DNA of 20,000 nt from an uncultured virus (IMG/VR IMGVR_UViG_2858656345_000001) (lineage: Duplodnaviria > Heunggongvirae > Uroviricota > Caudoviricetes): IMG/VR virus record IMGVR_UViG_2858656345_000001; one strand, given 5' to 3'. Under the pieces are notes generated by a model. It saw only the letters and a list, made by a program, of their open reading frames with translations, did not search any database and was not told the origin of the DNA. Made by a program: the position numbers and the translations under genes. The first letter of the stretch is position 1; each line of letters begins with the position of its first letter. Shown in pieces: positions 1 through 7,219 of this stretch.

Positions 1-339
1 TGTGAATTGCACACACACATTAGAGTCAATTTGGAACCTATATCTGTGTCCACGCTTGTTTGGTATGCCGGATTCTATCGCCTGGGATGCTATATATTTC
101 GTCTCAAGCCTGCGCTCCTTATGTTGCGAACGGTCGAGCACGACCCACTCGTGGTTGCCGTGGCACTCAATCTGCGAACCATCGCTAAATGTTACCACAT
201 ACTCAGATTGTGTCTTAGGAGAGACCCATTGTACCATAACGGGAGAGCCATCACGCCCAAACACGTAATCCCCAACCCCCAAATCTCCGTGCCGCCTTAC
301 TCCAGTCGGAGTTGTAATTACTTGATTGTCAGATATTTG
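1..339 (-). mobile_element. Intein N-terminal splicing region inserted in the TerL Walker A; Gln1 and block-B Trp suggest class 3
   Basis: After GK the sequence reads QISDNQVITTPTGVRRHGDLGVGDYVFGRDG (block A plus DL.VGD motif), then VTFSDGSQIECHGNHEWVV (block B; His at 151-153, Trp at 145-147). Confidence 0.88.
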
Positions 340-549
340 TTTACCATGTTGAGGAGGTAAGAATACCATTAGCTTCTTTATCTCCTTGTTGGCAAACTTG
401 GTAAGCACTCCATAGTACCACTTGTGGAAGTCTGCCGGGTCAAAGGTCGGCATCGTCGAAAGGGTGAAACGCAAAAGATCGGTACGGGATTGCCGCACCA
501 ACCGTTCTCTCAGGGCTTGCATATATCTAACCTTGTCGCCACGGGTCAT
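1..549 (-). CDS. terL: Terminase large subunit, N-terminal part, intein-containing (partial; runs off left edge; absent from ORF track)
   Basis: My translation from ATG 549 is open to base 1: MTRGDKVRYMQALRERLVRQSRTDLLRFTLSTMPTFDPADFHKWYYGVLTKFANKEIKKLMVFLPPQHGK|QISDNQVITTPTG... LMVFLPPQHGK is a TerL Walker A lacking its final S/T. It lies directly downstream of terS. Confidence 0.9.
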   Translation of the reverse strand, partial: MTRGDKVRYMQALRERLVRQSRTDLLRFTLSTMPTFDPADFHKWYYGVLTKFANKEIKKLMVFLPPQHGKQISDNQVITTPTGVRRHGDLGVGDYVFGRDGSPVMVQWVSPKTQSEYVVTFSDGSQIECHGNHEWVVLDRSQHKERRLETKYIASQAIESGIPNKRGHRYRFQIDSNVCVQFT

Positions 550-550
550 T

Positions 551-1048
551 TCATTGATCCAGCTTCTTTTCGAGGTCGGATATTTCCTTGTCTAAGTCCT
601 CGTCCGACATCTGACGGAACAGCTCTTTTCCGTCCTTGCCTGTGACCTCGGTCGTCTGTCGGTTTCGCCACCTCGTGGGGTCACCGTTCGTCAGGGTAAA
701 GATTATCGCGGCCGTATCGGGCTGGAAGTGCTTCTTTGTCGTAGTCTGCTCCTTGATCGTAGGCCTGTTCGGGTCGTTCTTGTTCGGCACGGTTACGACC
801 TTTGTCTCGGTCACGTCGTAGCCCTGTATCTTCTTCATCAAGGACTTCTTAGCCTCCTGCACGAATAGCTGCATACGGGCTTCGTGGGCCTCTTCGATGG
901 CAAGAGCAAAGTCCTCGTATTCCGCTTTCCACTTATGATACGTAGTGTGGGAGATTCCGACCCGCTGGCAAACCTCCGCAATCGTGTAGGTGTCGGACTT
1001 AATAAGCTCGACTATCTTGCTTGCGATTTTTTTGCTGTATTTTGCCAT
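551..1048 (-). CDS. terS: Terminase small subunit (N-terminal HTH)
   Basis: HTH TIAEVCQRVGISHTTYHKW, helical middle, PDTAAIIFTLTNGDPTRWR motif and VTGKDGKEL tail. Located immediately upstream of terL. Confidence 0.85.
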   Translation of the reverse strand: MAKYSKKIASKIVELIKSDTYTIAEVCQRVGISHTTYHKWKAEYEDFALAIEEAHEARMQLFVQEAKKSLMKKIQGYDVTETKVVTVPNKNDPNRPTIKEQTTTKKHFQPDTAAIIFTLTNGDPTRWRNRQTTEVTGKDGKELFRQMSDEDLDKEISDLEKKLDQ

Positions 1049-1125
1049 TGCATGCCGCTCGTTTTCGCTTTTTCTTTTTTAGTAGGTGGTAAGGTTTGTA
1101 AGTTTTGCGCTAACCAAATGCTAAA

Positions 1126-2067
1126 CTAATCGCACTTGTGTCCGTTTATCTTATTCTCGTTCGTAAACGGGTAGTCCTCCGGATACTTATCCCATGCTAT
1201 ATTGTCGCTCTCCTTGCTCCCCTTGATGATGCAGGGCGCGAGGTGCTTGTAGTTAATCCTGTGGTGCAGCATACCTCCGTTCATCGTCTGATATTCGGCT
1301 ATAATAGCCGACGGGTACTGTATCACCGTTATGAGTGCTTTGTTCAGCAGCTTGCACTCATTGTAAAGGTCGGTTAGCCCTCCTGCTTGTGTTGCAGAGA
1401 GGGTCTGCTGTAGCACTACGGCATGATTCATCGTTCCGGTGAATAGTCCCTCGTTACAAATTCCGGTGAACAAGCTTGTATCGTCATCTTGCACACCCCT
1501 TTCCCCACGATATATGTACGGGAGCAGGTAAAACGTCGTGTTCATAACCTTTCGCAGGAATATCTTCGGCTTGTAGCCCCCCAAGAAATCCCCCGTTTGC
1601 GACAAGCCCATGACTCCGATTTTCCGCTTCCGCATTAGGTCTTCCATTGCAGCGAATGTTCTGCGAACTAAGTCGAAATCTCGGATCGTTCTCCGTTGCA
1701 TGAATGAACCGAAATAGGCCGTATCATCGTCCATCACGACGTAGAAATCTATCCCTATCGACTGTGCGTAGTCTTGAAACATGTTACGAGCCTGTCCGGC
1801 AGAACGACGAGATACGGACGCTCGATGCACGTAGTCGTACCTGTTTCGGGCTTCTTCCATATCGAAAACGTGGACATTAAAGCCCATTTCCTGCGCCGTC
1901 TCTTCGTACTGTGCTATGTCGTCCGTTTCGCTATCCAAGAACACTGTAACTCTTCCCATGTCCCATCCGATTTTTCTAAGATAGGCAGCAGTCTTTATGC
2001 TCTTCGGACGGTGATAGCTCGGTATAAAGACGTGACAGAAATTGGCACTCTCAATCTTCGTAGTCAT
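1126..2067 (-). CDS. TAGT/GREB1-like GT-A fold glycosyltransferase, putative DNA base modifier
   Basis: Motifs FIPSYHRP, AGQARN, VVMDDD (DxD), QDDD, AGGLTDLY and HHRINY match the pattern I recall for T-even beta-glucosyl-HMC-alpha-glucosyltransferase and TET-associated glycosyltransferases. Confidence 0.75.
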   Translation of the reverse strand: MTTKIESANFCHVFIPSYHRPKSIKTAAYLRKIGWDMGRVTVFLDSETDDIAQYEETAQEMGFNVHVFDMEEARNRYDYVHRASVSRRSAGQARNMFQDYAQSIGIDFYVVMDDDTAYFGSFMQRRTIRDFDLVRRTFAAMEDLMRKRKIGVMGLSQTGDFLGGYKPKIFLRKVMNTTFYLLPYIYRGERGVQDDDTSLFTGICNEGLFTGTMNHAVVLQQTLSATQAGGLTDLYNECKLLNKALITVIQYPSAIIAEYQTMNGGMLHHRINYKHLAPCIIKGSKESDNIAWDKYPEDYPFTNENKINGHKCD

Positions 2068-2908
2068 AGCCGCTTACTTTGTCTGTCTGCCATCCGAGGT
2101 CTGTGCTCATGACCTCCTCCCTTACGCGTATCAGGTCATCCTCGATGAATCCGTCGATAGAGCCATCGACCAGCACCATCCGGAGGCGTTCCATGACGGC
2201 CTTTTCCTCCTCTGTGGCGTTGAATGAGTAATAGTTTGCAGCAGCCTCGAAGTTTATCTTGATGAAGCGATAAGCAAACATCCTCATTGCTCTCTTCTGC
2301 TCTTCGCTCAGTGAGCTTTCCTCGATGACGCGAAGTTTTGCGTTGAATTTTTCGACATCGTAGCAGTCTTGCAGCTGTAGGCTGGGGATGATCTTCGGCT
2401 CGTAATACATGCCTGTAAACGCCAGCTCGCTCAGCCGTTTGGTTTCCGATTCCTTACCTCCGGTGCTGCTGTCCAATCCGTCTTCTATCTCTTTCATGGC
2501 GACGCCCCAGTCCTCCGGATCGAAGTCGAACTGCTCAACACATTGCGCGATTACCTCCTCATCCCATGCGAGGTTTGCCTTACCGGTTGCGTTGTCAGCG
2601 AGTGCAAGCTCGCGGCCTTTTTGGCTGTCGAGGTCTACGTCCTTTCGCTTTACAGCTACAAGCGTATTCCCATCCGTTTCGACGACGACAACCTTATCAA
2701 AGCCCAGTTCGCCGGCCTTTTCTGCGGTCTTGTTGCCTGCTATAATGCGGTTGTTCTTGTCGATAAGGATCGATCGCCCAAGTCCGAACTTTCGCAGGCT
2801 TTCGTCCATCAGGTGGCTACCGAACTCAGTCCCCTTATTGAAGTTCTTATCGTCCGGGATGAGCTGGTCGATCGACACGGTCTTTATGTCTGCGTCTTTA
2901 GCTTTCAT
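2051..2908 (-). CDS. ParB/Srx-like N-terminal domain fused to a C-terminal alpha-helical domain
   Basis: IDQLIPDDKNFN, SLRKFGLGRSILIDKNNRIIAGN and LALADN fit phage ParB-like domains. The C-terminal YYEPK...AYRF...AANYY...MERLRMVLVD region is helical. Overlaps the glycosyltransferase start by 17 nt. Confidence 0.75.
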   Translation of the reverse strand: MKAKDADIKTVSIDQLIPDDKNFNKGTEFGSHLMDESLRKFGLGRSILIDKNNRIIAGNKTAEKAGELGFDKVVVVETDGNTLVAVKRKDVDLDSQKGRELALADNATGKANLAWDEEVIAQCVEQFDFDPEDWGVAMKEIEDGLDSSTGGKESETKRLSELAFTGMYYEPKIIPSLQLQDCYDVEKFNAKLRVIEESSLSEEQKRAMRMFAYRFIKINFEAAANYYSFNATEEEKAVMERLRMVLVDGSIDGFIEDDLIRVREEVMSTDLGWQTDKVSGYDYED

Positions 2909-2955
2909 TGCTTAAAATTTCGCCCGAAACAAACAGCGGTTTCGTGCTCGTCTAC

Positions 2956-2995
2956 AATACCTTGTAAAGGTATTCCGTGTTTTAATATAAAACAC
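2956..2995 (-). promoter_or_regulatory. Candidate late/packaging promoter region with two tandem 8-3-8 palindromes
   Basis: AATACCTT-gta-AAGGTATT (2956-2974) and GTGTTTTA-ata-TAAAACAC (2977-2995) lie in the 110-bp gap before the ParB-GT-terS-terL block. The minus strand has TACCTTTA, a near match to the Bacteroidetes -7 box TAnnTTTG. Confidence 0.55.
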
Positions 2996-3018
2996 AGCTC
3001 GGTGAAAAAAGATATGCT

Positions 3019-3516
3019 TTACTTATTCCTCCCGACGCGTATTGGAAGACCGGAGAATACCCATGCGAGGAGTGCGGCATCTCGTGCGTCTTGATTCGTC
3101 CGCCCCTTTATGCCTGTGAACGAGACCAGCTCTTCGTGCGTGATCTTTCCATCCTTGCCCCTCCAGCACTTCCTGAGCGGCGCGTGTTCTAAGACCTCGA
3201 TGCCGAGGTGCCGGCACATTTCGGCAATCTTCCTGCCGGTCTCATGGTTCCTGCCCACGTCGTAGCCCTTAGATGCGGCCCTCTGTCGCCTCTCCCATGA
3301 CGACAGGTGCCAATTCCCTTGGATCAGCCAGCTTGCCTCGACGAGTACGATAAGCGTCTCTGTTCCATTGCTCCGGTTTGCTTGTTGCAAGTAGTCGATT
3401 ACCTGCGGAAAGGTGAGGTTTGAGACCTCCAACAGTCCGGTCGCCGGCTTCAAGAACGCAACACCGGAACGGGAGACGTCGGGATCTATAGCTATAATGT
3501 TGTCGTATCGCTTCAT
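3019..3516 (-). CDS. RuvC/RNase H-fold nuclease, probable Holliday junction resolvase
   Basis: Acidic motifs IIAIDPD-SGVA, VLVE and DARDAALLA. Sits at the end of the replication module. Confidence 0.7.
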   Translation of the reverse strand: MKRYDNIIAIDPDVSRSGVAFLKPATGLLEVSNLTFPQVIDYLQQANRSNGTETLIVLVEASWLIQGNWHLSSWERRQRAASKGYDVGRNHETGRKIAEMCRHLGIEVLEHAPLRKCWRGKDGKITHEELVSFTGIKGRTNQDARDAALLAWVFSGLPIRVGRNK

Positions 3517-3534
3517 CTTATCAATCTATTATTA

Positions 3535-3804
3535 CTATACACCATGCTCAAAATAATCTCCCCATTGGTCTTGGTCTGCACCATCATAATCTCCAGCGCT
3601 TTGTCCGCGGTCTGTTTCCATCCATACATTCCACAACCCACGTCTTATGTTGTTGCGCTCAACGCGCTCTTTGCTGTAGCATGGTCTGCCTTGCTCTCTT
3701 TTTCTTGCTGCACAGCTTTTTGAGCAACAAAGCCCCCATCCACGTTTGAGGTTGCGGCTGTCAGCCTCGTATTCCTTTCCGCAATAGTCACACTTTCGCT
3801 TCAT
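3535..3804 (-). CDS. Small Cys-rich zinc-binding phage protein
   Basis: CDYC-x(n)-CCSKSC pattern; co-oriented in the operon. Confidence 0.65.
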   Translation of the reverse strand: MKRKCDYCGKEYEADSRNLKRGWGLCCSKSCAARKREQGRPCYSKERVERNNIRRGLWNVWMETDRGQSAGDYDGADQDQWGDYFEHGV

Positions 3805-3831
3805 CCTGTCGGGTTATTTAATAGGGGAATT

Positions 3832-4497
3832 TTAATCCTCCAAAATCTCGAAATCGTAAGCAAACACGTACGGATTGCTCCCCCATGTGCCTTTTCCGGA
3901 AAGCGCGTCTATCAAGTGCGCATAGGCATCGCGAGGTGTTGGGAATAATTTCATACAACCCCTTTCAGTTTCTCTGTGTGGTTCTTTTTGCCAGTTTCTT
4001 ACCTTTAAGCCATCGACATAGAATCCAATACTTGCTTCCTGAATACCCTCCAGCAAACATTCATCATCGGTAATCTCTTGCAGGCACTGTATCCGCACAT
4101 CGGTTATTTCGATTCGTCTGGGCATGTATTTAGGTTTTACGAACATCTTATTATTCCAACCCTTTTCTCCCTCTAAATCCTTTCTAAAATCTGCCACAGA
4201 CATTCCCGCTGGCAGATTTCGTTTATACGTCTCCCAGTCATACAAAAAACCAATATACATATCCGAATATCGCTGGGCGATGGCCACAATTTCGCCCTTT
4301 TTGTATTGTGCGAAACTGGTATCACGAATATCCCAAAAATCTCCATAGCGATCTTGCGTGTAGATTATCTTCGGGCTTTCAAATGTTTCTTCGACATCCC
4401 AGATCAACGAAAACACCGCTTTAGGAACGAATCTCCGCGTCTGCCTTTTTCTCCCTTCCAAGACCGCTTGCGTCAAAAGAAAGCGGTCGTTAAACAT
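3832..4497 (-). CDS. ASCH/PUA-like domain phage protein
   Basis: AVLEGRKRQTRR (GxKxxTxR), IEITDVRIQCLQEITDDECLLEG and WGSNPYVFAYDFE motifs. Confidence 0.7.
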   Translation of the reverse strand: MFNDRFLLTQAVLEGRKRQTRRFVPKAVFSLIWDVEETFESPKIIYTQDRYGDFWDIRDTSFAQYKKGEIVAIAQRYSDMYIGFLYDWETYKRNLPAGMSVADFRKDLEGEKGWNNKMFVKPKYMPRRIEITDVRIQCLQEITDDECLLEGIQEASIGFYVDGLKVRNWQKEPHRETERGCMKLFPTPRDAYAHLIDALSGKGTWGSNPYVFAYDFEILED

Positions 4498-4504
4498 TAT
4501 TTTT

Positions 4505-4957
4505 TCATATTATTTCTTCGTTATAGAAATCCTCCAATTTATTGTCGTGAATGTTGCCGATTATTTCGATGGCACTACCACCGAACCCGTCGTGGTTGTA
4601 AGCCCTGTTTAATGACAGCTCTACTCCATCATTACCAGCGATATATTGAGCTTCTTCGTTACTCCAATACACCTCTGCGACCCTTGAGTCTCCAATTTTC
4701 ACAATATCCCCCTCGTATATTTCCTTGCCGTTTCGGTCTTTCAGTCCGGCGTATTGGCCTATTGAGTCGGGGTATACCTCCAAGAGCCCATGGACGAAAT
4801 GTCCGATGATCTCTGGGTCTCCGCCTTCAAATACCCCAGCATATTCATCTGTATCCTCAAATAGATACGCATTTCCATTTGTTTGAATTACAGCATTTCC
4901 ATAACCCCACAGATACCCACCTGTTGTGGGTTTTGCTCTAAATTTGATTTCTCTCAT
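4505..4957 (-). CDS. YopX family phage protein (start moved to MREIKFR at 4957)
   Basis: MREIKFRAK, GQYAGLKDRNGKEIYEGDIV and EIIGNIHDN are YopX signatures. Confidence 0.9.
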   Translation of the reverse strand: MREIKFRAKPTTGGYLWGYGNAVIQTNGNAYLFEDTDEYAGVFEGGDPEIIGHFVHGLLEVYPDSIGQYAGLKDRNGKEIYEGDIVKIGDSRVAEVYWSNEEAQYIAGNDGVELSLNRAYNHDGFGGSAIEIIGNIHDNKLEDFYNEEII

Positions 4958-4973
4958 AGTTTTGTGTGTTAAG

Positions 4974-5382
4974 TCAAAATAAATATCCACTACTCTCCTG
5001 TGTGTAGTCTACTAAATCCTCAGCAGCAAACAACTGCGGTACGGACTGTTGTTTCATCAGCCGCTCCTTGGCTGCGCTGTAATACTCCGGGTCAAGCTCT
5101 ATACCTGTGAGCTCAAAGCCCATCGCATCAGCTGCAAGGCAGATAGAGCCACTTCCCAAGTGGGTATCAAGGATTCTATCCCCACTCCTTGCGTATCTTT
5201 TTAGCAGCCACGCGTATAAAGCGACGGGCTTTTGACAAGGGTGAACCCTTTTCTCCTCCGGCTTTTGAGTACGGAGGATCGACAATGGCCAAGTCGAAAG
5301 CGTTATCCGGCAGCTCCCTCAACACGTCCATGCAGTCGGCGTTGATGAGACGGATCTTATTCAGATGTTCGATTCTAATCAT
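4974..5382 (-). pseudogene. Beta-class N6/N4 DNA methyltransferase with internal deletion and frameshift
   Basis: The N-terminal frame NADCMDVLRELPDNAFDLAIVDPPY ends only 25 nt before a different frame reading HPCQKP...ILDTHLGSGS...GIELDPEYY. The central motifs and target-recognition region are missing. Confidence 0.85.
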
Positions 5383-6184
5383 AAATCCTTTCAAATTTCA
5401 ATTCGTCAGAGGCAAACCGTATAGTGTTTGTCTCTCGGATTCGGTATATTGCCTTGTCTGATAGCTGGCACTCAATGGTGTCATGTGACGTAACGTAGGC
5501 GTTGCCACAAGCCTCCACCGTTGCACTGTCACAAGCCTCCACCGTTGCACTGCCCCAGGCCCGAACCGTTGCACTGCCCCAGGCCCGAACCGTTGCACTG
5601 TCNNNNNNNNNNNNNNNNNNNNNNNNNNNNNNNNNNNNNNNNNNNNNNNNNNNNNNNNNNNNNNNNNNNNNNNNNNNNNNNNNNNNNNNNNNNNNNNNNN
5701 NNNNNNNNNNNNNNNNNNNNNNNNNNNNNNNNNNNNNNNNNNNNNNNNNNNNNNNNNNNNNNNNNNNNNNNNNNNNNNNNNNNNNNNNNNNNNNNNNNNN
5801 NNNNNNNNNNNNNNNNNNNNNNNNNNNNNNNNNNNNNNNNNNNNNNNNNNNNNNNNNNNNNNNNNNNNNNNNNNNNNNNNNNNNNNNNNNNNNNNNNNNN
5901 NNNNNNNNNNNNNNNNNNNNNNNNNNNNNNAATAAATAGCCGGAATCTACCGATTCATTGCAGTGGATTCCATGTTCCGTAAATAGATCCCTGTATTCCT
6001 TTATGAGAGGTACAGTAAGCACCTTGTTTGTCACACACCAGTGGAAATTGTCCTTGATTACCTCCATTAGCTCCTCTGGCGTTTCAGAAGAATACGCTCT
6101 TCCATATTGCTCTCGACAGGCTTCGGCGATTCTCGCGCTTGCAAGGATTGTTTCTTTTAGTTCTAAAAAATTGTTTGTTTTCAT
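5375..6184 (-). CDS. Octapeptide-repeat (SATVxAxG/D) probable beta-solenoid protein spanning an assembly gap
   Basis: Helical N-terminus and a C-terminal SATVRAWG/SATVEACD array. Continuity across the N run is assumed. Confidence 0.65.
   Translation of the reverse strand: MKTNNFLELKETILASARIAEACREQYGRAYSSETPEELMEVIKDNFHWCVTNKVLTVPLIKEYRDLFTEHGIHCNESVDSGYLXXXXXXXXXXXXXXXXXXXXXXXXXXXXXXXXXXXXXXXXXXXXXXXXXXXXXXXXXXXXXXXXXXXXXXXXXXXXXXXXXXXXXXXXXXXXXXXXXXXXXXXXXXXXXXDSATVRAWGSATVRAWGSATVEACDSATVEACGNAYVTSHDTIECQLSDKAIYRIRETNTIRFASDELKFERIYD
5504..5602. repeat. 24-bp coding tandem repeat, at least 4 units of two variants, running into the gap
   Basis: Units g(c/t)cacaagcctccaccgttgcact x2 and gccccaggcccgaaccgttgcact x2, with the constant core accgttgcactg. 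Confidence 0.95.
5603..5930. other. Assembly gap (328 N)
   Basis: Run of N directly adjacent to the tandem repeat. Confidence 1.
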
Positions 6185-6216
6185 TGTCTTAGTTGTTTTC
6201 TGTTTCTTTTTTACTG

Positions 6217-6402
6217 TTAGTCGAACAAATCTCGGGCAATCGGTTGCCCTTTTATAATCTCGTTAACTCGCTGTATTTCCGCATCGACTGCTCTTTCAAG
6301 TTGCTTTGATTCAGCCAAAGCCGATGGACTCTTCGTTCGGAAGAACTCCTTTTGTGTAGCTCTCATGTTGCCAACAAGTTCAAAGAACAATTTCGCGTTC
6401 AT
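6217..6402 (-). CDS. Small hypothetical phage protein
   Basis: 61 aa, helical, ATGA overlap with the upstream gene. Confidence 0.7.
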   Translation of the reverse strand: MNAKLFFELVGNMRATQKEFFRTKSPSALAESKQLERAVDAEIQRVNEIIKGQPIARDLFD

Positions 6403-7001
6403 TTCTCGATAGTATTACTTGTCGATAGTATTTCATTCGCCTTATCTGCCATACTACGAAAATACCCGTTGAACCGGTATTCGTCGGGGTATTTGTTTAT
6501 CATATGCAGCATAGAGGAGATGTCTCGGTTTATGAATCTTGCGACGTCATCCAGCTTCAGATTTGCTGCCTTACAGTGGTGCACAAACAATATTCGGGCG
6601 AAGAATTTATTCCTCTTTCGGCTCTTCGTATTGTAGTCGTTGAGCTGTAGACCTGTGGCCTCATGGATAGCGTTCTGAATCCGCAGGAGCGAACCCTGCG
6701 TGTTCTTGACGTTCGATTCGAACAGGACTATCTTGCACGTTCGAATAGCGAAATCGTATTCGATTGTAGCACCTACACTGTCCATCCACCCGTCAAGCAT
6801 GTAGATTGCACTACATTCGTGAAGCATCTTAATGTCATTGCACATGTGGTCTATCCATGCGTCGCTTCTGCTTAGCCTGTTCTTCAGAGGGTTTACAGGC
6901 TCCAGCGACAAGCTTGTCAAGAACTCCTCGGCGAGTCCGAACCGCCTCTTTACAGTGTCGTAGCTTATGCCGGTTATACGGCCGCTTATGTACACTTTCA
7001 T
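6399..7001 (-). CDS. DUF4406 (nucleoside deoxyribosyltransferase-like) domain fused to a DnaA domain IV-like HTH
   Basis: N-terminal KVYISGRITG...NP...W...DIKML..CSAIYMLDGWMDSVGATIE. C-terminal KSRKRNKFFAR...LDDVARFINRDISSMLH resembles DnaA RDHTTVLH. Confidence 0.75.
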   Translation of the reverse strand: MKVYISGRITGISYDTVKRRFGLAEEFLTSLSLEPVNPLKNRLSRSDAWIDHMCNDIKMLHECSAIYMLDGWMDSVGATIEYDFAIRTCKIVLFESNVKNTQGSLLRIQNAIHEATGLQLNDYNTKSRKRNKFFARILFVHHCKAANLKLDDVARFINRDISSMLHMINKYPDEYRFNGYFRSMADKANEILSTSNTIEK

Positions 7002-7219
7002 TGCAGCGGTGTGTTTATTCCGGCTGGGAGCTTACCGACTTCTATCGCAAGCTTCGCCCCACCGGTAATTTCTTCCAGCAGTCGTTCCTCGCTCTCGATT
7101 AGGCCCTCCGAATCGTCATCGTAGAGCTTGTATATCTCGAAGAGTTCTACGTCCCATATTTTCCGAGCCTCCTCGGCACTTATACACTTCCACACGAAGC
7201 CATCTTTCGTTATTTTCAT
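6998..7219 (-). CDS. Small acidic hypothetical protein
   Basis: 73 aa, with ATGA overlaps at both ends. Confidence 0.7.
   Translation of the reverse strand: MKITKDGFVWKCISAEEARKIWDVELFEIYKLYDDDSEGLIESEERLLEEITGGAKLAIEVGKLPAGINTPLQ

Noticed and set aside
2..645. Plus-strand ORFs 2-268, 7-360 and 424-645
   Set aside because: They lie antisense to terL/intein and terS, which have clear motifs.
5244..5278. Programmed frameshift restoring the MTase
   Set aside because: Even if the frames were fused, the product would lack the central motifs and recognition region, so deletion is the simpler explanation.
5504..5602. CRISPR array
   Set aside because: The units are contiguous 24-bp in-frame coding repeats with no unique spacers, and no cas genes are present.
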